Part shown: positions 10,304 through 20,296 of the stretch, in pieces | Layout of the letters: every line of letters starts with the position of its first letter | How positions within the stretch are numbered: position 1 is the first letter of the stretch | Assembly (NCBI GenBank): GCA_964409365.1 | Contig: CAYPCX010000007.1 | Span: forward strand, 18,655-82,654 | DNA: 64,000 bases | Direction: 5' to 3' | Source: an uncultured Planctomycetia bacterium | GTDB lineage: Bacteria > Omnitrophota > Gorgyraeia > Tantalellales > Tantalellaceae | Program-made: the position numbers and the translations under genes | Notes under the pieces: model-generated | Database searches by the model: none | What the model was told of the DNA's origin: nothing | Seen by the model: the letters and a program-made list of their open reading frames with translations, nothing else

Positions 10304-11593
10304 GTGACCGATATCACCAAAGCCGTCATGATAGTGACCGCGTTCGTTGTCATGATAGCCACTTTCGTTGATACCAACATAGGGCTTATAGTCATACTTC
10401 TATCCATGCTTCTTTCTCCCGAGCTGGAAGCGGGGTCGACCCCGGGCCGGGCCGTGGTCATCAGGGCGGAAGACCTTGTCCTGATAATGGTATCACTTAC
10501 CTGGCTGTTGAAGATGGCCCTGAGGAAAGCGCCTGTGGTAAGGCCCAGCCCGCTCAACGCGCCCATCGGTATTTATATCGCGGTGCTGACCATATCGACC
10601 CTGCGGGGGATGGTCACGGGGAATGTGATGCCTTTAAAGGGGACGTTCTATGTCCTTAAACTGGTGGAATATTTCATACTGTATTTCATAGTGCTGAACC
10701 ATACGACTACCGACAGGCAGGTAAAGATCTTTCTCCTGACGCTGCTTTTGACCGCTACCATAGTCGGGGTATACGGCAACACCCATATCGGCAGGGTCGA
10801 AAGGATATCCGCGCCGTTCGAAGGAAGAGGCGAGCCCAACACGCTGGGAGGGTATCTCCTTTTCATAATGTCGATACTGGGAGGTATAGTCTTGTATAGA
10901 AAGCAGGGGCGCCTGCCCCTGCTCCTTTTATTCCTTTTTCTTGTGCCGACGTTCGTTTTCACGCTTTCACGCGCTTCCTATCTCGGTATGGTACCCGCGC
11001 TGATAGCTTTTGTGGTGCTGTCCAGGGATAAGAGGGTAATGAACATAGTCCTTATACTTTTCGTTTCTTTCGCGTTCCTTGTGGCGTTGGGCCCGCCTGT
11101 CTTAAAACAAAGGGTTATCGGGGCGTTCATGCCCGAGCAGTCACAGAAACTGAAATCCGTGGCGGGTGTTTCACTGGGGCCTTCACCGGCCGCCAGGGTC
11201 ACTTCCTGGAAGGTGGCCCTTACAGAGCAGCTTCCCAAAAAGCCCGTCCTCGGGTTCGGCATGACGGGCGCGGGGTTCCTGGACAGCCAGTATTTCCTCG
11301 CGCTCGCGGAAACGGGTTTTGTGGGGTTCATGGTTTTCCTCTGGCTCATGTGGCGGGTATGGAAAGCCGCCTTTGACACCTACCGCAGAGTTGAAACGCC
11401 CCTGTACAAGGGCATCGCCCTGGGGTATCTTTCGGGTTTTGTGGGCCTTTTGTTCCAGGCTATCGGGACGAATACCTTTATAATCATACGTATCGCCGAG
11501 CCGTTCTGGTTCTTTACGGCGATAGTCGTGAAACTCGTGGATATAGAGACCGGAAAAGCCAAGATGGAAGCGGATTCGCTTGCGCTCCGGTGA
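10304..11593 (+). CDS. O-antigen ligase-like / exopolysaccharide polymerase (Wzy_C family) membrane protein
   Basis: Polytopic membrane protein with Wzy_C-like central loop. First canonical start is GTG 10304. The in-frame upstream sequence (10184-10303) has no stop and encodes a TM-like segment, so the true start may be upstream or non-canonical. Confidence 0.7.
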   Translation: MTDITKAVMIVTAFVVMIATFVDTNIGLIVILLSMLLSPELEAGSTPGRAVVIRAEDLVLIMVSLTWLLKMALRKAPVVRPSPLNAPIGIYIAVLTISTLRGMVTGNVMPLKGTFYVLKLVEYFILYFIVLNHTTTDRQVKIFLLTLLLTATIVGVYGNTHIGRVERISAPFEGRGEPNTLGGYLLFIMSILGGIVLYRKQGRLPLLLLFLFLVPTFVFTLSRASYLGMVPALIAFVVLSRDKRVMNIVLILFVSFAFLVALGPPVLKQRVIGAFMPEQSQKLKSVAGVSLGPSPAARVTSWKVALTEQLPKKPVLGFGMTGAGFLDSQYFLALAETGFVGFMVFLWLMWRVWKAAFDTYRRVETPLYKGIALGYLSGFVGLLFQAIGTNTFIIIRIAEPFWFFTAIVVKLVDIETGKAKMEADSLALR

Positions 11594-11608
11594 TCTTTTT
11601 TCGCTGGT

Positions 11609-13120
11609 ATGGAAATGGATTTTAAGGAAGATATAGTATCTGGAACGGTCGAGGAAGATGGCTCTCTTGCCCGGCGCGCCGTAAAAGGGGGCGTATGGGT
11701 TTTCGCCCTGAAGACGGCCCACAGGGTATTGGGGCTGATCAGGACGATAATACTGGCCAGACTTCTCTCTCCCGCCGATTTTGGCCTCATGGGCATAGCG
11801 GTCCTGGCTATCGGCACGCTCGATACGTTCTCCCAGGCGGGCCTGGAGCCGGCCCTCGTGCAGAAAAAAGGGGATATAAGGCCCTACCTGGATACGGTAT
11901 GGACGGTCAAGATAATACGTTCCGTCGTTCTCTTCGGCCTTTTGTATGTCAGCGCCCCGGTCATCGCGGGATTTTTTAAGACCTCCCAGGCGCTGCAGGT
12001 AATAAGGGTCCTTGCTTTTCTTGAGCTCTTCATGGGGATAAAGAACATAGGGACGGTGTATTTCCAGAAAGAGCTGCAGTTCGACCGGCGTTTTATCCTG
12101 GAGTTCAGCGGCCTGGTCGCGAATATAGGCGTTTCCATTACACTGGCGTTCGTGCTTAGAAATGTGTGGGCGCTGGTCTGGGGGTCGCTGGCCGGGGCTT
12201 TTGTCACGGGCATAGTCTCCTATATGGTCCACCCCTATAGGCCCCGGATAAGGTTCGGATCAGGCAAGGCGAAGGAGCTTTTTCGTTTCGGAAAATGGTT
12301 GTTCGGGTCAAGCATACTGTATTTCCTGATAACCCAGGGAGATAACGCGTTCGTGGGGAAGGTCATAGGCATCACCGCGCTTGGCCTTTACCAGATGGCA
12401 TACCAGCTGTCCAACGCCCCGGCGACGGAAATAACGCATGTCGTTTCATCCGTCACGTTCCCGGTCTATTCGAAGATACAGGATGACATGGCAAGGCTGC
12501 GGAAGGTGTATTCGGAGGTCCTTCAGCTGAACGTGTTCCTGGCGGCCCCTATGGCTACCGGCATATTCATACTTGCTCCCGATTTCACCAGAATATTCCT
12601 CGGGGAGAAATGGCTCCCGATGGTGCCCGCGATGCAGCTATTGGCCCTGGCCGGGTTTTTGCGGGCCCTGGCGGGCACTACAGGCGCCATGTTCTACGCT
12701 CTGGGCAGGCCGAAGACGGAGACGTTGTGGCAGGGGATAAGGTTGGCGACGCTCGCGGCGCTTATATTTCCTTTGAGCATGCAATGGGGCATTTCCGGCA
12801 CGGCCTTAGCCGTATGCGCGAGCATACTGGTAGCGACCGTCGGTTTTTTTCACAGCGTAACGAGGTTGACCCGTATACCGTTCGGTATTCTCGCGAAAGC
12901 GATAGGGTACCCCGTCGCGAACACTGTGGTCATGGCGGCGTTTATGGCCTTCATGAGACGGAAGATGCAGATCGCGGGCATACCGGGGTTCATTTTTCTT
13001 GTCCTCGCGGGCTTGGCGGTATATTTAGTGGCGAGCTACGTGTTTGAACGGTTCTCTTCTTATGACGTGTTTAACGTGTTAAAGACAAGGTTGAAAGGGC
13101 AGGCCGGCCATGATCGGTGA
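11609..13120 (+). CDS. Wzx-type oligosaccharide flippase (polysaccharide biosynthesis protein, MOP superfamily)
   Basis: 503 aa, about 12-14 TM segments, N-terminal KGGVWVFALKTAHRVLGLIRTIILARLLSPADFGLMGIAVL typical of PST-family flippases. Confidence 0.8.
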   Translation: MEMDFKEDIVSGTVEEDGSLARRAVKGGVWVFALKTAHRVLGLIRTIILARLLSPADFGLMGIAVLAIGTLDTFSQAGLEPALVQKKGDIRPYLDTVWTVKIIRSVVLFGLLYVSAPVIAGFFKTSQALQVIRVLAFLELFMGIKNIGTVYFQKELQFDRRFILEFSGLVANIGVSITLAFVLRNVWALVWGSLAGAFVTGIVSYMVHPYRPRIRFGSGKAKELFRFGKWLFGSSILYFLITQGDNAFVGKVIGITALGLYQMAYQLSNAPATEITHVVSSVTFPVYSKIQDDMARLRKVYSEVLQLNVFLAAPMATGIFILAPDFTRIFLGEKWLPMVPAMQLLALAGFLRALAGTTGAMFYALGRPKTETLWQGIRLATLAALIFPLSMQWGISGTALAVCASILVATVGFFHSVTRLTRIPFGILAKAIGYPVANTVVMAAFMAFMRRKMQIAGIPGFIFLVLAGLAVYLVASYVFERFSSYDVFNVLKTRLKGQAGHDR

Positions 13121-13739
13121 TCCGAAAAAAAGCGATATATATTTTGCGTCAGGTTATGACGATAAAAAGAGGTTCGCGAGCTACTGGCATCAGATCAACG
13201 AGGTGATATCGCTGAACCCCGGGAATGTCCTCGAGATCGGCGTCGGCAACGGATTTTTCGGGGATTATCTGCGAAAAAGGTCTTTTTCCGTGACGGGAGT
13301 GGATAACGACCCGGGTCTTTCTCCCGACATCGTCGGGGACGTCAGGGACCTTCCGTTCGAAGACGGGCAGTTCGACGTCTCGGTCTGTTTCGAGGTCCTG
13401 GAACATATTCCTTACGAACATTTCAAGGAAGGCCTTTCGGAGTTACGCAGGGTCACCGCCTCGCGCGTAATGATCTCTTTGCCGGACCCGACCCTGGTGT
13501 GGAGGTTCCTGCTTGAATTACCGCTGGTGGGGCGGAGAAAACTGATGATAACGTGGCCGGGCTTCCGCATGAAAGAGTACGGGATAAAAGGCCCGGAGCA
13601 CTGCTGGGAGATAGGAGTGGACGGGTGTTCCCTGAAAAGGATCAGGAAAGATATCGGGGATACGGGTTTCAGAGTAGAGAGGACTTACAGGGTCTTCGAG
13701 AACCCGTATCACAGGTTCTTTGTCCTGGAAAAAATATGA
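13110..13739 (+). CDS. class I SAM-dependent methyltransferase
   Basis: Motif I VLEIGVGNGFFG and post-I acidic residue. VCFEVLEHIP motif. Start overlaps the previous gene. Confidence 0.7.
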   Translation: MIGDPKKSDIYFASGYDDKKRFASYWHQINEVISLNPGNVLEIGVGNGFFGDYLRKRSFSVTGVDNDPGLSPDIVGDVRDLPFEDGQFDVSVCFEVLEHIPYEHFKEGLSELRRVTASRVMISLPDPTLVWRFLLELPLVGRRKLMITWPGFRMKEYGIKGPEHCWEIGVDGCSLKRIRKDIGDTGFRVERTYRVFENPYHRFFVLEKI

Positions 13740-14908
13740 ACGACAGAAGATTGAATATAGCCGTATTCAACGAGCTCTATCCGCCGGATCATCTGGGCGG
13801 CGCCGAGAGGACGGCCGAGCTCCTGTTCAAGGAACTGTCAAAAAAGGGGCATCATGTCCGGGTGCTTACCGGATATACCCGCCACCCGTCGCGGGAAGAG
13901 GGTATCTCCAGGATATTACCCCTTTACAATGATCCGGCCAAGCGGGTGGACAAGCTGCTCTGGCTGAAAAAGCTTTACTACGATGTGACCTCTTATTCGA
14001 CGGCTCAAAGCTTTTTCAAAGCGGGAGATTTTTCCGTGCTTTTGGCGCGGAGTGTGAGGTATATGTCCTTCCGGCCCATTACGGCGGCTTTGGCCATTGG
14101 GATACCGGTAGTGTTCATCGTGCCGGACGACTGGCTGGCGCGGCTCAAGGAAGGATGTGATAAGTCTTTTGTTTACGGCACTTTAAGAAAGAAATTCTTA
14201 TACGGTGGTTTTGATTTCAGCCGCGTGCTGTGCCCCAGCGAATATGTTCTCGATGCCTATGTAAAAGCGGCTTTCAGGCGCGAGAGCCTGTCGGTGCTGC
14301 CTCACGGAGTGGACGTGGACAGATTCAAGCCGGAGGAGAGGGTTGCCGGTCCGGCTCCGGTGAAGCTCATATATGTCGGGAGGCTGTTCCCGGCTAAAGG
14401 TGTCCATGTGCTGATAGAAGCGGCGAAGGTCATCAGGGAAAAAGGCCGTGACTTCAGGATAGATATAATAGGTAAGGGCCAGGAAAGGTACGAAGAGGAT
14501 CTAAGGAAGAAGATAGAAGAGTACGGGTTAGGTCCGAAAGTGATCCTTAAGGGGATGGTGCCGCAGGAAGATCTTCCGGAACATTACAGGCAAGCCGATA
14601 TAGCCGTCGCGCCTTCCCTGAAAGAGACTTTCGGGATAACTTTGATAGAGGCCATGTCTTCAGGGCTTCCGGTCGTCGCCTCCGGGGTGGAAGCCATACC
14701 TGAGAATATCGAGGACGGTGTCGACGGCATGTTAGTGAAACCCGAAAACCCCGATGTTCTTGCCGGCGCCGTCATATCCCTTATGGATGACAGGGAAAAG
14801 AGGCTGAGGATGGGCCGGGCGGCAAGGGAAAAAGCGGTCAGGGATTTTTCCCTTCAAAAGTTCATCTCGAAACTTGAAGAAATATTATTCTCGGTGTCGA
14901 AAAGATGA
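13736..14908 (+). CDS. glycosyltransferase family 4
   Basis: ATG 13736 overlaps the preceding stop (ATGA). GT4 C-terminal EX7E-type region (KETFGITLIEAMSSGLPVVAS...EDGVDG). Confidence 0.8.
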   Translation: MNDRRLNIAVFNELYPPDHLGGAERTAELLFKELSKKGHHVRVLTGYTRHPSREEGISRILPLYNDPAKRVDKLLWLKKLYYDVTSYSTAQSFFKAGDFSVLLARSVRYMSFRPITAALAIGIPVVFIVPDDWLARLKEGCDKSFVYGTLRKKFLYGGFDFSRVLCPSEYVLDAYVKAAFRRESLSVLPHGVDVDRFKPEERVAGPAPVKLIYVGRLFPAKGVHVLIEAAKVIREKGRDFRIDIIGKGQERYEEDLRKKIEEYGLGPKVILKGMVPQEDLPEHYRQADIAVAPSLKETFGITLIEAMSSGLPVVASGVEAIPENIEDGVDGMLVKPENPDVLAGAVISLMDDREKRLRMGRAAREKAVRDFSLQKFISKLEEILFSVSKR

Positions 14909-15693
14909 CAAGGTTCGACGATATATGGAAGAAATGGGATCGCGAAAAACTGGACGAATATATAAAGTCCCACGAAAAGGAAAGAACAAGATACCTTGAT
15001 CTGGTCAGGGACCATCTGGGAAAAGCCCCGGAACGCAGGGTGCTGGAAGTCGGATGCGGCGCCGCTATAGACCTGCACCTGGTAGCCGAAGGCACGGGAT
15101 GCGACGCTTGCGGTGTGGATATATCACGCGAGGCGCTAGATATCGCGAAAGACCTGGAACGGTATTTCAGCGGGAAAGTGGACCTGCGTGTCGGTGACGC
15201 CCGGGCCCTGGAATTTGCAGACGGCACTTTCGACGTCGTCTTCAGCCAGGGACTGATAGAGCACTTTGAAAGGCCGGTCGACATCCTCAGGGAACAGGTG
15301 AGGGTGCTTAAGCCGGGAGGCATCCTTATAGTCAACGTGCCTCAGAGATACACGGTTTACACTTTGTATAAGCATCTCCTGGCGATGCGCGGCCTCTGGG
15401 AATGGGGGGATGAGACGGAATTTTCCAGCTGGCAGCTTTCATGTTACGGCAGGCTTTTGGGCCTGGAGTTCCTGGAAAAGCGGGGATATGATTACTGGCG
15501 ATCGCCCTTTGAGCTGATGTTCGTTCTCAGGACCCTTAACGGCAAGGCGGGTAAGATACCCCTGGTGAAGAGGTGCCCGGTGCATGACGTGATATCGCGT
15601 TTCTGGGACGCTGTGTGGGAGGACATAGAAAACCGTTACGGACACCTGTTCATGAAGAACATAGTTTACGCATATCGTAAGCCGGTGGAATGA
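14905..15693 (+). CDS. class I SAM-dependent methyltransferase
   Basis: VLEVGCGAAID motif I, DVVFSQGLIEHFERP, LKPGGILIV. Confidence 0.7.
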   Translation: MTRFDDIWKKWDREKLDEYIKSHEKERTRYLDLVRDHLGKAPERRVLEVGCGAAIDLHLVAEGTGCDACGVDISREALDIAKDLERYFSGKVDLRVGDARALEFADGTFDVVFSQGLIEHFERPVDILREQVRVLKPGGILIVNVPQRYTVYTLYKHLLAMRGLWEWGDETEFSSWQLSCYGRLLGLEFLEKRGYDYWRSPFELMFVLRTLNGKAGKIPLVKRCPVHDVISRFWDAVWEDIENRYGHLFMKNIVYAYRKPVE

Positions 15694-15703
15694 AAACCAT
15701 TTT

Positions 15704-16873
15704 ATGAAGATACTTTTTGTGAACCGTTATGCCGCCCGGTTAGGCGGGGTCGAGTATTACGTTAACGCGCTTTCCTCAAGATTGCGTGATGCCGGTCACC
15801 GGACCGGTATGGTCCATTGGGATGAATCCGCGCCGGCGGAACGGTTCGATACGTATTACCGCGTGCCGTCATTGTGGGACGGGGAACTGGCCCTGACAAG
15901 CGGTACCAGAAAGCTTCTGGACGGGATACTCAGGGAGTTCTCTCCGGATATCGTATACTTGCATAACATCGAGAACGGAAAGGCTATCGATCACCTCGCG
16001 TACAAGGCGCGCACTGTCCGTTATGTGCACGGATACAAGACGGTCGACCCTGACGGGAAGATGCTGCTGAAGGAGCCCCTCGAGGCTAACAGCTTTCCGC
16101 TTTCCCCGACATGTTTTATACGCGCCTATACCAGAAAGTCGATGCCCCGCGCCCCGGTCAAGGCGTTAAGGTCGTATCTCCGGGCAAGAAGCTCGCTCAA
16201 GGCCACGAACCGCCTGGAGAAAATACTAGTCGCCTCGGGGCATATGAAAAGGACGATGATAATGAACGGCACCAGGCCGGAAAACATACATGTATTGCCT
16301 TACTTCGTGGATTATGAGGATCTTGCTCCGCCTGGTGCGCCCGGGGAAAGGCGTATACTTTTTTGCGGCCGCATAGCCGAAGGGAAAGGGTTGGATGTGC
16401 TTATGGATGTCCTTTCCATGGCCGGCGGGAACTTCACGCTCGATGTGGTCGGGACCGGGCCCATGGAAGACGCCTGCCGGAAAAAAGCGCGGGAACTGGG
16501 CCTGGAAAATAAGGTCCGTTTTCTCGGCTGGAAGGAGCACGGGGAATTGCCCCGGCTTTACAAGGAAGCTCTTTTTCTGGTGCTCCCGTCGGTCTGGCCG
16601 GAACCTTTTGGCATCTCGGGTATAGAGGCGGCGTTTTTCGCGAGGCCCGCCGTCGCTTTTGACGTCGGCGGGATATCCGACTGGCTGGTAGACGGGAATA
16701 CGGGATTTTTGGTGGAGCCGTATGATAAAAAGAAGATGGCTGAAAAGATAAGTTATTTTTTAAATGATCCGGAAGAAACATTGAAAATGGGCCAAAGGGC
16801 AAGGGGATCGGCCCTTGAAAAATATAAGCCGCAGACACACCTGGAGGAACTCTTCAAGGTTTTCGCGGCATAA
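15704..16873 (+). CDS. glycosyltransferase family 4
   Basis: EPFGISGIEAAFFARPAVAFDVGGISDWLVDGNTGFLVEP GT4 signature. Confidence 0.8.
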   Translation: MKILFVNRYAARLGGVEYYVNALSSRLRDAGHRTGMVHWDESAPAERFDTYYRVPSLWDGELALTSGTRKLLDGILREFSPDIVYLHNIENGKAIDHLAYKARTVRYVHGYKTVDPDGKMLLKEPLEANSFPLSPTCFIRAYTRKSMPRAPVKALRSYLRARSSLKATNRLEKILVASGHMKRTMIMNGTRPENIHVLPYFVDYEDLAPPGAPGERRILFCGRIAEGKGLDVLMDVLSMAGGNFTLDVVGTGPMEDACRKKARELGLENKVRFLGWKEHGELPRLYKEALFLVLPSVWPEPFGISGIEAAFFARPAVAFDVGGISDWLVDGNTGFLVEPYDKKKMAEKISYFLNDPEETLKMGQRARGSALEKYKPQTHLEELFKVFAA

Positions 16874-16881
16874 CACCGGTC

Positions 16882-16916
16882 ACTGGAAACTGGTTACTGG
16901 TTACTGGTTACTGGTT
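16882..16916. repeat. perfect heptamer tandem array (ACTGGAA)(ACTGGTT)x4 in a 50-bp intergenic spacer
   Basis: Read directly. It lies between the stop at 16873 and the ATG at 16924. Confidence 0.9.
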
Positions 16917-16923
16917 ACTTGAT

Positions 16924-18036
16924 ATGAAGATATGCATGATAGCGCCATATTATCCACCCCATCCGTCCCCGGACGGTATAGGGGATTATACCCGGAGATT
17001 ATGCGCCGAGATGGCGGGTATGGGGCATGAGGTCACCGTTCTGGTGTCTCATGGATATAGAGCCGCTACCGGGGACGGGTACGAGGCTCTCAGGATAGTT
17101 CCCTTTACTTCAGCGTGGGGTTTCGGGGCATTCTTGAAACTGTTCAGGTTGTGCCGGGACGAGAAGTTCGATTGTGTTGACCTTCAGTATTCCCCGCCGC
17201 TTTACGGGGTATTTTTTAAACTGTTATATCCCCTGATCGGACTGGTAAGTCCCGCGGTGGTGACGCTCCATACGCTGGTGGGGGGGGGACTGATCAACAG
17301 ATTTCTGGCCATGTCGCTGGTCTTGTTCACGGCCGAGGTAATCAGCACGAACGAGGAAGTAAGTTATCTGATCAGAAGACACCTCACCTGGAAAAAGAAC
17401 CTGGTCGAGATCCCTATCGGTTCGAACATCATTCCCCCGGAACACGGCAGGCCTCCGGGCATCAAGAAAAAAGAAGGGATAGTACTCACTCATTTCGGGC
17501 TGTTCTATCCGGGTAAAGGGGTAGAGACCATACTGGAAGCTGCTGCGGGGCTAAAGAAGGAGTACGATGATTTTCGGCTGTTCATGCTGGGAGGTAAATG
17601 GCCGGGAGCTGAAGATTACTATGACAGGTTGCGGCAGCGGGCCCGCGAGCTGGGGCTCGCTGATAAAGTATCCTGGCTGGGATATCTTGCGGATGAAAAA
17701 GTATCGGAATACCTGTCGATGACCGATATATTCCTTGTCCCGTTCGATGCGGGTATTTCCATACGCAGGGGCAGTTACATGGCGGGACTGGTCCATGGCC
17801 TGCCCATTGTCAGCACGCGGACGGACATAGGATCGGAGTATATCAAAGACGGCGAGAATATCGTCCTTGTGCCTCCCCGGGATGCCGCCGCCCTGAAAGA
17901 AAAAATACTGGAATTGATAAAGGACCCGGGCAAGAGGGCGCGGCTCGGGGAGAACGCGAGGCGTCTGGCAGCTGAATTCAGCTGGCCGAAGATAGCTTTG
18001 GAAATGGTACGCACCTTTGAGAAGATAAAATGTTGA
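16924..18036 (+). CDS. glycosyltransferase family 4
   Basis: MKICMIAPYYPPHPSPDGIGDYTRRL N-terminus and C-terminal GT4 fold region (FLVPFDAG...GLPIVSTR). Confidence 0.75.
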   Translation: MKICMIAPYYPPHPSPDGIGDYTRRLCAEMAGMGHEVTVLVSHGYRAATGDGYEALRIVPFTSAWGFGAFLKLFRLCRDEKFDCVDLQYSPPLYGVFFKLLYPLIGLVSPAVVTLHTLVGGGLINRFLAMSLVLFTAEVISTNEEVSYLIRRHLTWKKNLVEIPIGSNIIPPEHGRPPGIKKKEGIVLTHFGLFYPGKGVETILEAAAGLKKEYDDFRLFMLGGKWPGAEDYYDRLRQRARELGLADKVSWLGYLADEKVSEYLSMTDIFLVPFDAGISIRRGSYMAGLVHGLPIVSTRTDIGSEYIKDGENIVLVPPRDAAALKEKILELIKDPGKRARLGENARRLAAEFSWPKIALEMVRTFEKIKC

Positions 18037-19097
18037 AAAAAATACTTTCAAATATTTATTACCGGCTCCCGGCATTTTTGGGCGTAAGCGTCGCCTTCCC
18101 CTGCCGCAACGTGGTCTTCGAGCTTGAATACAGCTGCAACCTTAACTGTGAGATGTGCCCGTACAGAAAAGAGGTCTCTCTTACCCGGCCGAGCGGCACC
18201 GATCTGAAGCCCCTGGACAAGGATGAGGTCATCAGGCTTCTGGGGCGGTTCCCCAAAGGCAGTAATATGACTTTCACCGGCGGGGAACCGTTCCTGAAAG
18301 AGGGTATCCTTGAGATATTGAACGCGGCCGCAGGGTCGCACAATGTGACAATAGCGACGAACGGTACGCTGATCACTGAAGATATCGCCGGGAAAATGGT
18401 CCGGTGGGGCGTAAAACTTATCGGCCTGTCGCTGGACGGCCCGGAAAATATCCATAATGACATCAGGAAGGATCCGCAGGCGTTCGGTAAGCTCGTGAAC
18501 GCGGTTGAACTTATCAATGAGCAGAAAAAAAAGCGGGGCGCGGAATACCCGAGGGTGAACTTCAACGGCGTGATATTGAGAAAGAACTTCGATTCCCTGT
18601 ATAAGAACATAGAGCTGGCTAAGGCCCTGGGGGTGAATTCCCACTCTTTTCAGATATTTGATCCGTCATGGAGCAGGTCCGGCTGGCGTTTGAGCGATGA
18701 GATCAATACCGGCGAAAAAGTGATCGAACAGGTCGAGACAATAAACAGGGAAGAATTAAAAAAGGCCCTGGAACGGTTGATGCACGCGGCGAAGGAACTG
18801 GATATCAGCGTCAATATCATGCCCCCGCTTACTATAGAGGAAATAGCCGACTATTATGACAGGAGGTTCGATATCGGCAGGTGGCATTGTTTTTTTCCCT
18901 GGAGCACGATGCGGATCTCGCCTTATGGCGAGGTTTTCCCGTGTTTGAACTTCAAGATAGGTAATATAAGGCAGCAAAGCCCGGCTGAGTTGTGGAACGG
19001 CCCCGGTTACGGGAGATTCAGGAAGGGACTGAAGAAAGCGACGCTGTTCGAGAGCTGCGTCGGCTGTTGCAAGATGATCCGTGAGGAAAGTGCATGA
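18030..19097 (+). CDS. radical SAM protein with C-terminal SPASM/twitch-like Cys cluster, embedded in the glycosyltransferase operon
   Basis: CNLNCEMC (CX3CX2C) and FTGGEPFL. C-terminal CFFPW...CLNF...CVGCCK auxiliary-cluster-like cysteines. Overlaps neighbours by 7 nt and 4 nt. Confidence 0.75.
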   Translation: MLKKILSNIYYRLPAFLGVSVAFPCRNVVFELEYSCNLNCEMCPYRKEVSLTRPSGTDLKPLDKDEVIRLLGRFPKGSNMTFTGGEPFLKEGILEILNAAAGSHNVTIATNGTLITEDIAGKMVRWGVKLIGLSLDGPENIHNDIRKDPQAFGKLVNAVELINEQKKKRGAEYPRVNFNGVILRKNFDSLYKNIELAKALGVNSHSFQIFDPSWSRSGWRLSDEINTGEKVIEQVETINREELKKALERLMHAAKELDISVNIMPPLTIEEIADYYDRRFDIGRWHCFFPWSTMRISPYGEVFPCLNFKIGNIRQQSPAELWNGPGYGRFRKGLKKATLFESCVGCCKMIREESA

Positions 19098-20296
19098 GTT
19101 TTCTTGAATTTATACGGCACGTTGTGAAGCAGATAGTCGAGAGCGTCGAGTATATGCTGCTGAGCGTTACTCTGCTCAGGGGGAAAAGACACGTCCGGGC
19201 CGTGGAACCGAATGAAGTGCGCCCAAAAAAAATACTGATCGTCCAGATGAATTCTATAGGGGATGTTCTAATGATGACCCCGGCTTTGAGAGCTTTAAAG
19301 CGGTGTTTCGGAGATAGCACGATAGATGTGCTGGTGCAGCCTTTCGCGGCGGACCTTTTGCGGGAAGATCCGGATATTAACGGGGTTTATTCCTGCGGCT
19401 GGGCGTTCTGGAGAGGCCGTTTCACACAACCAGCGGCTTTCAATAGATCAGCGAGAACGGTCAAAGCGCTCAAAAGCGCCCGGTATGATCTCTGTGTGCA
19501 CTTTGGCCGGAATTTCGAAACGGTCGTGAACGCTTTGCTTGCCGAGGCGGCGGTCACGGTCGGGTTCCGGCAGACCGTCAAAAGGGGCATATTCAGAAGG
19601 AACGCTGAAGATCTTTATGACATAGCCGTCGATACGGATGAAAAACATATCGCGAGACAGGCCCTTCAACTGGTAAAGTTTCTTGGATGCGAAGGCGCGG
19701 CCGAAAAAGAAGAACTTTTTATCTCCGTTGAAAAAACGAAAGGGACGGAAGCCTTCCTCAGGGAGAACGGCCTGGGCGAAGGGGATTTCGCGGTCATGCA
19801 CCCCGGAGCTAAGTGGCCCCCGAAACGGTGGCCTAAGGGCAGTTTTGCCCGGCTGGTGAAGTTGATATTCGACGAGAAGGGCATGAAGACGGTGCTTATC
19901 GGCAGCGCTTCCGACAAAGAGCTTTTGCGGAAGATAAAGGAGGAAAGCGGTATTCCCGATACGGTGATAGCCGGAGATCTCGATCTGGCGGCGGCCGCCG
20001 CGGTGATACGGAAAGCGTGTGTTTTCGTGGGTAACGATTCGGGGCCGGCGCACATGGCCGCTGCCCTGGGTACGGATACCGTAGTGCTTTTTGGCCCGAC
20101 GGATCCCGAGGCCTGCCGTCCTTTAGGGGGGGGAGTGAAGATATTTCACTATAAGGTCCCATGCTGGCCGTGTATGATGTATTACAGGAGGGACAGGTGT
20201 GAGGCCGGATCTAATGTCTGCCTCCAGAACATCAGCGCCGGGGACGTATATGAAACCGTCGGCCGGATCATAGAAAGGAAAGGACATGGTGGATAA
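19094..20296 (+). CDS. glycosyltransferase family 9 (heptosyltransferase-like) with extra C-terminal Cys-rich tail
   Basis: KILIVQMNSIGDVLMMTPALRALK and FVGNDSGPAHMAAALG are GT9 RfaF/RfaC-like motifs. C-terminal PCWPCMMYYRRDRCEAGSNVC. Confidence 0.8.
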   Translation: MSFLEFIRHVVKQIVESVEYMLLSVTLLRGKRHVRAVEPNEVRPKKILIVQMNSIGDVLMMTPALRALKRCFGDSTIDVLVQPFAADLLREDPDINGVYSCGWAFWRGRFTQPAAFNRSARTVKALKSARYDLCVHFGRNFETVVNALLAEAAVTVGFRQTVKRGIFRRNAEDLYDIAVDTDEKHIARQALQLVKFLGCEGAAEKEELFISVEKTKGTEAFLRENGLGEGDFAVMHPGAKWPPKRWPKGSFARLVKLIFDEKGMKTVLIGSASDKELLRKIKEESGIPDTVIAGDLDLAAAAAVIRKACVFVGNDSGPAHMAAALGTDTVVLFGPTDPEACRPLGGGVKIFHYKVPCWPCMMYYRRDRCEAGSNVCLQNISAGDVYETVGRIIERKGHGG

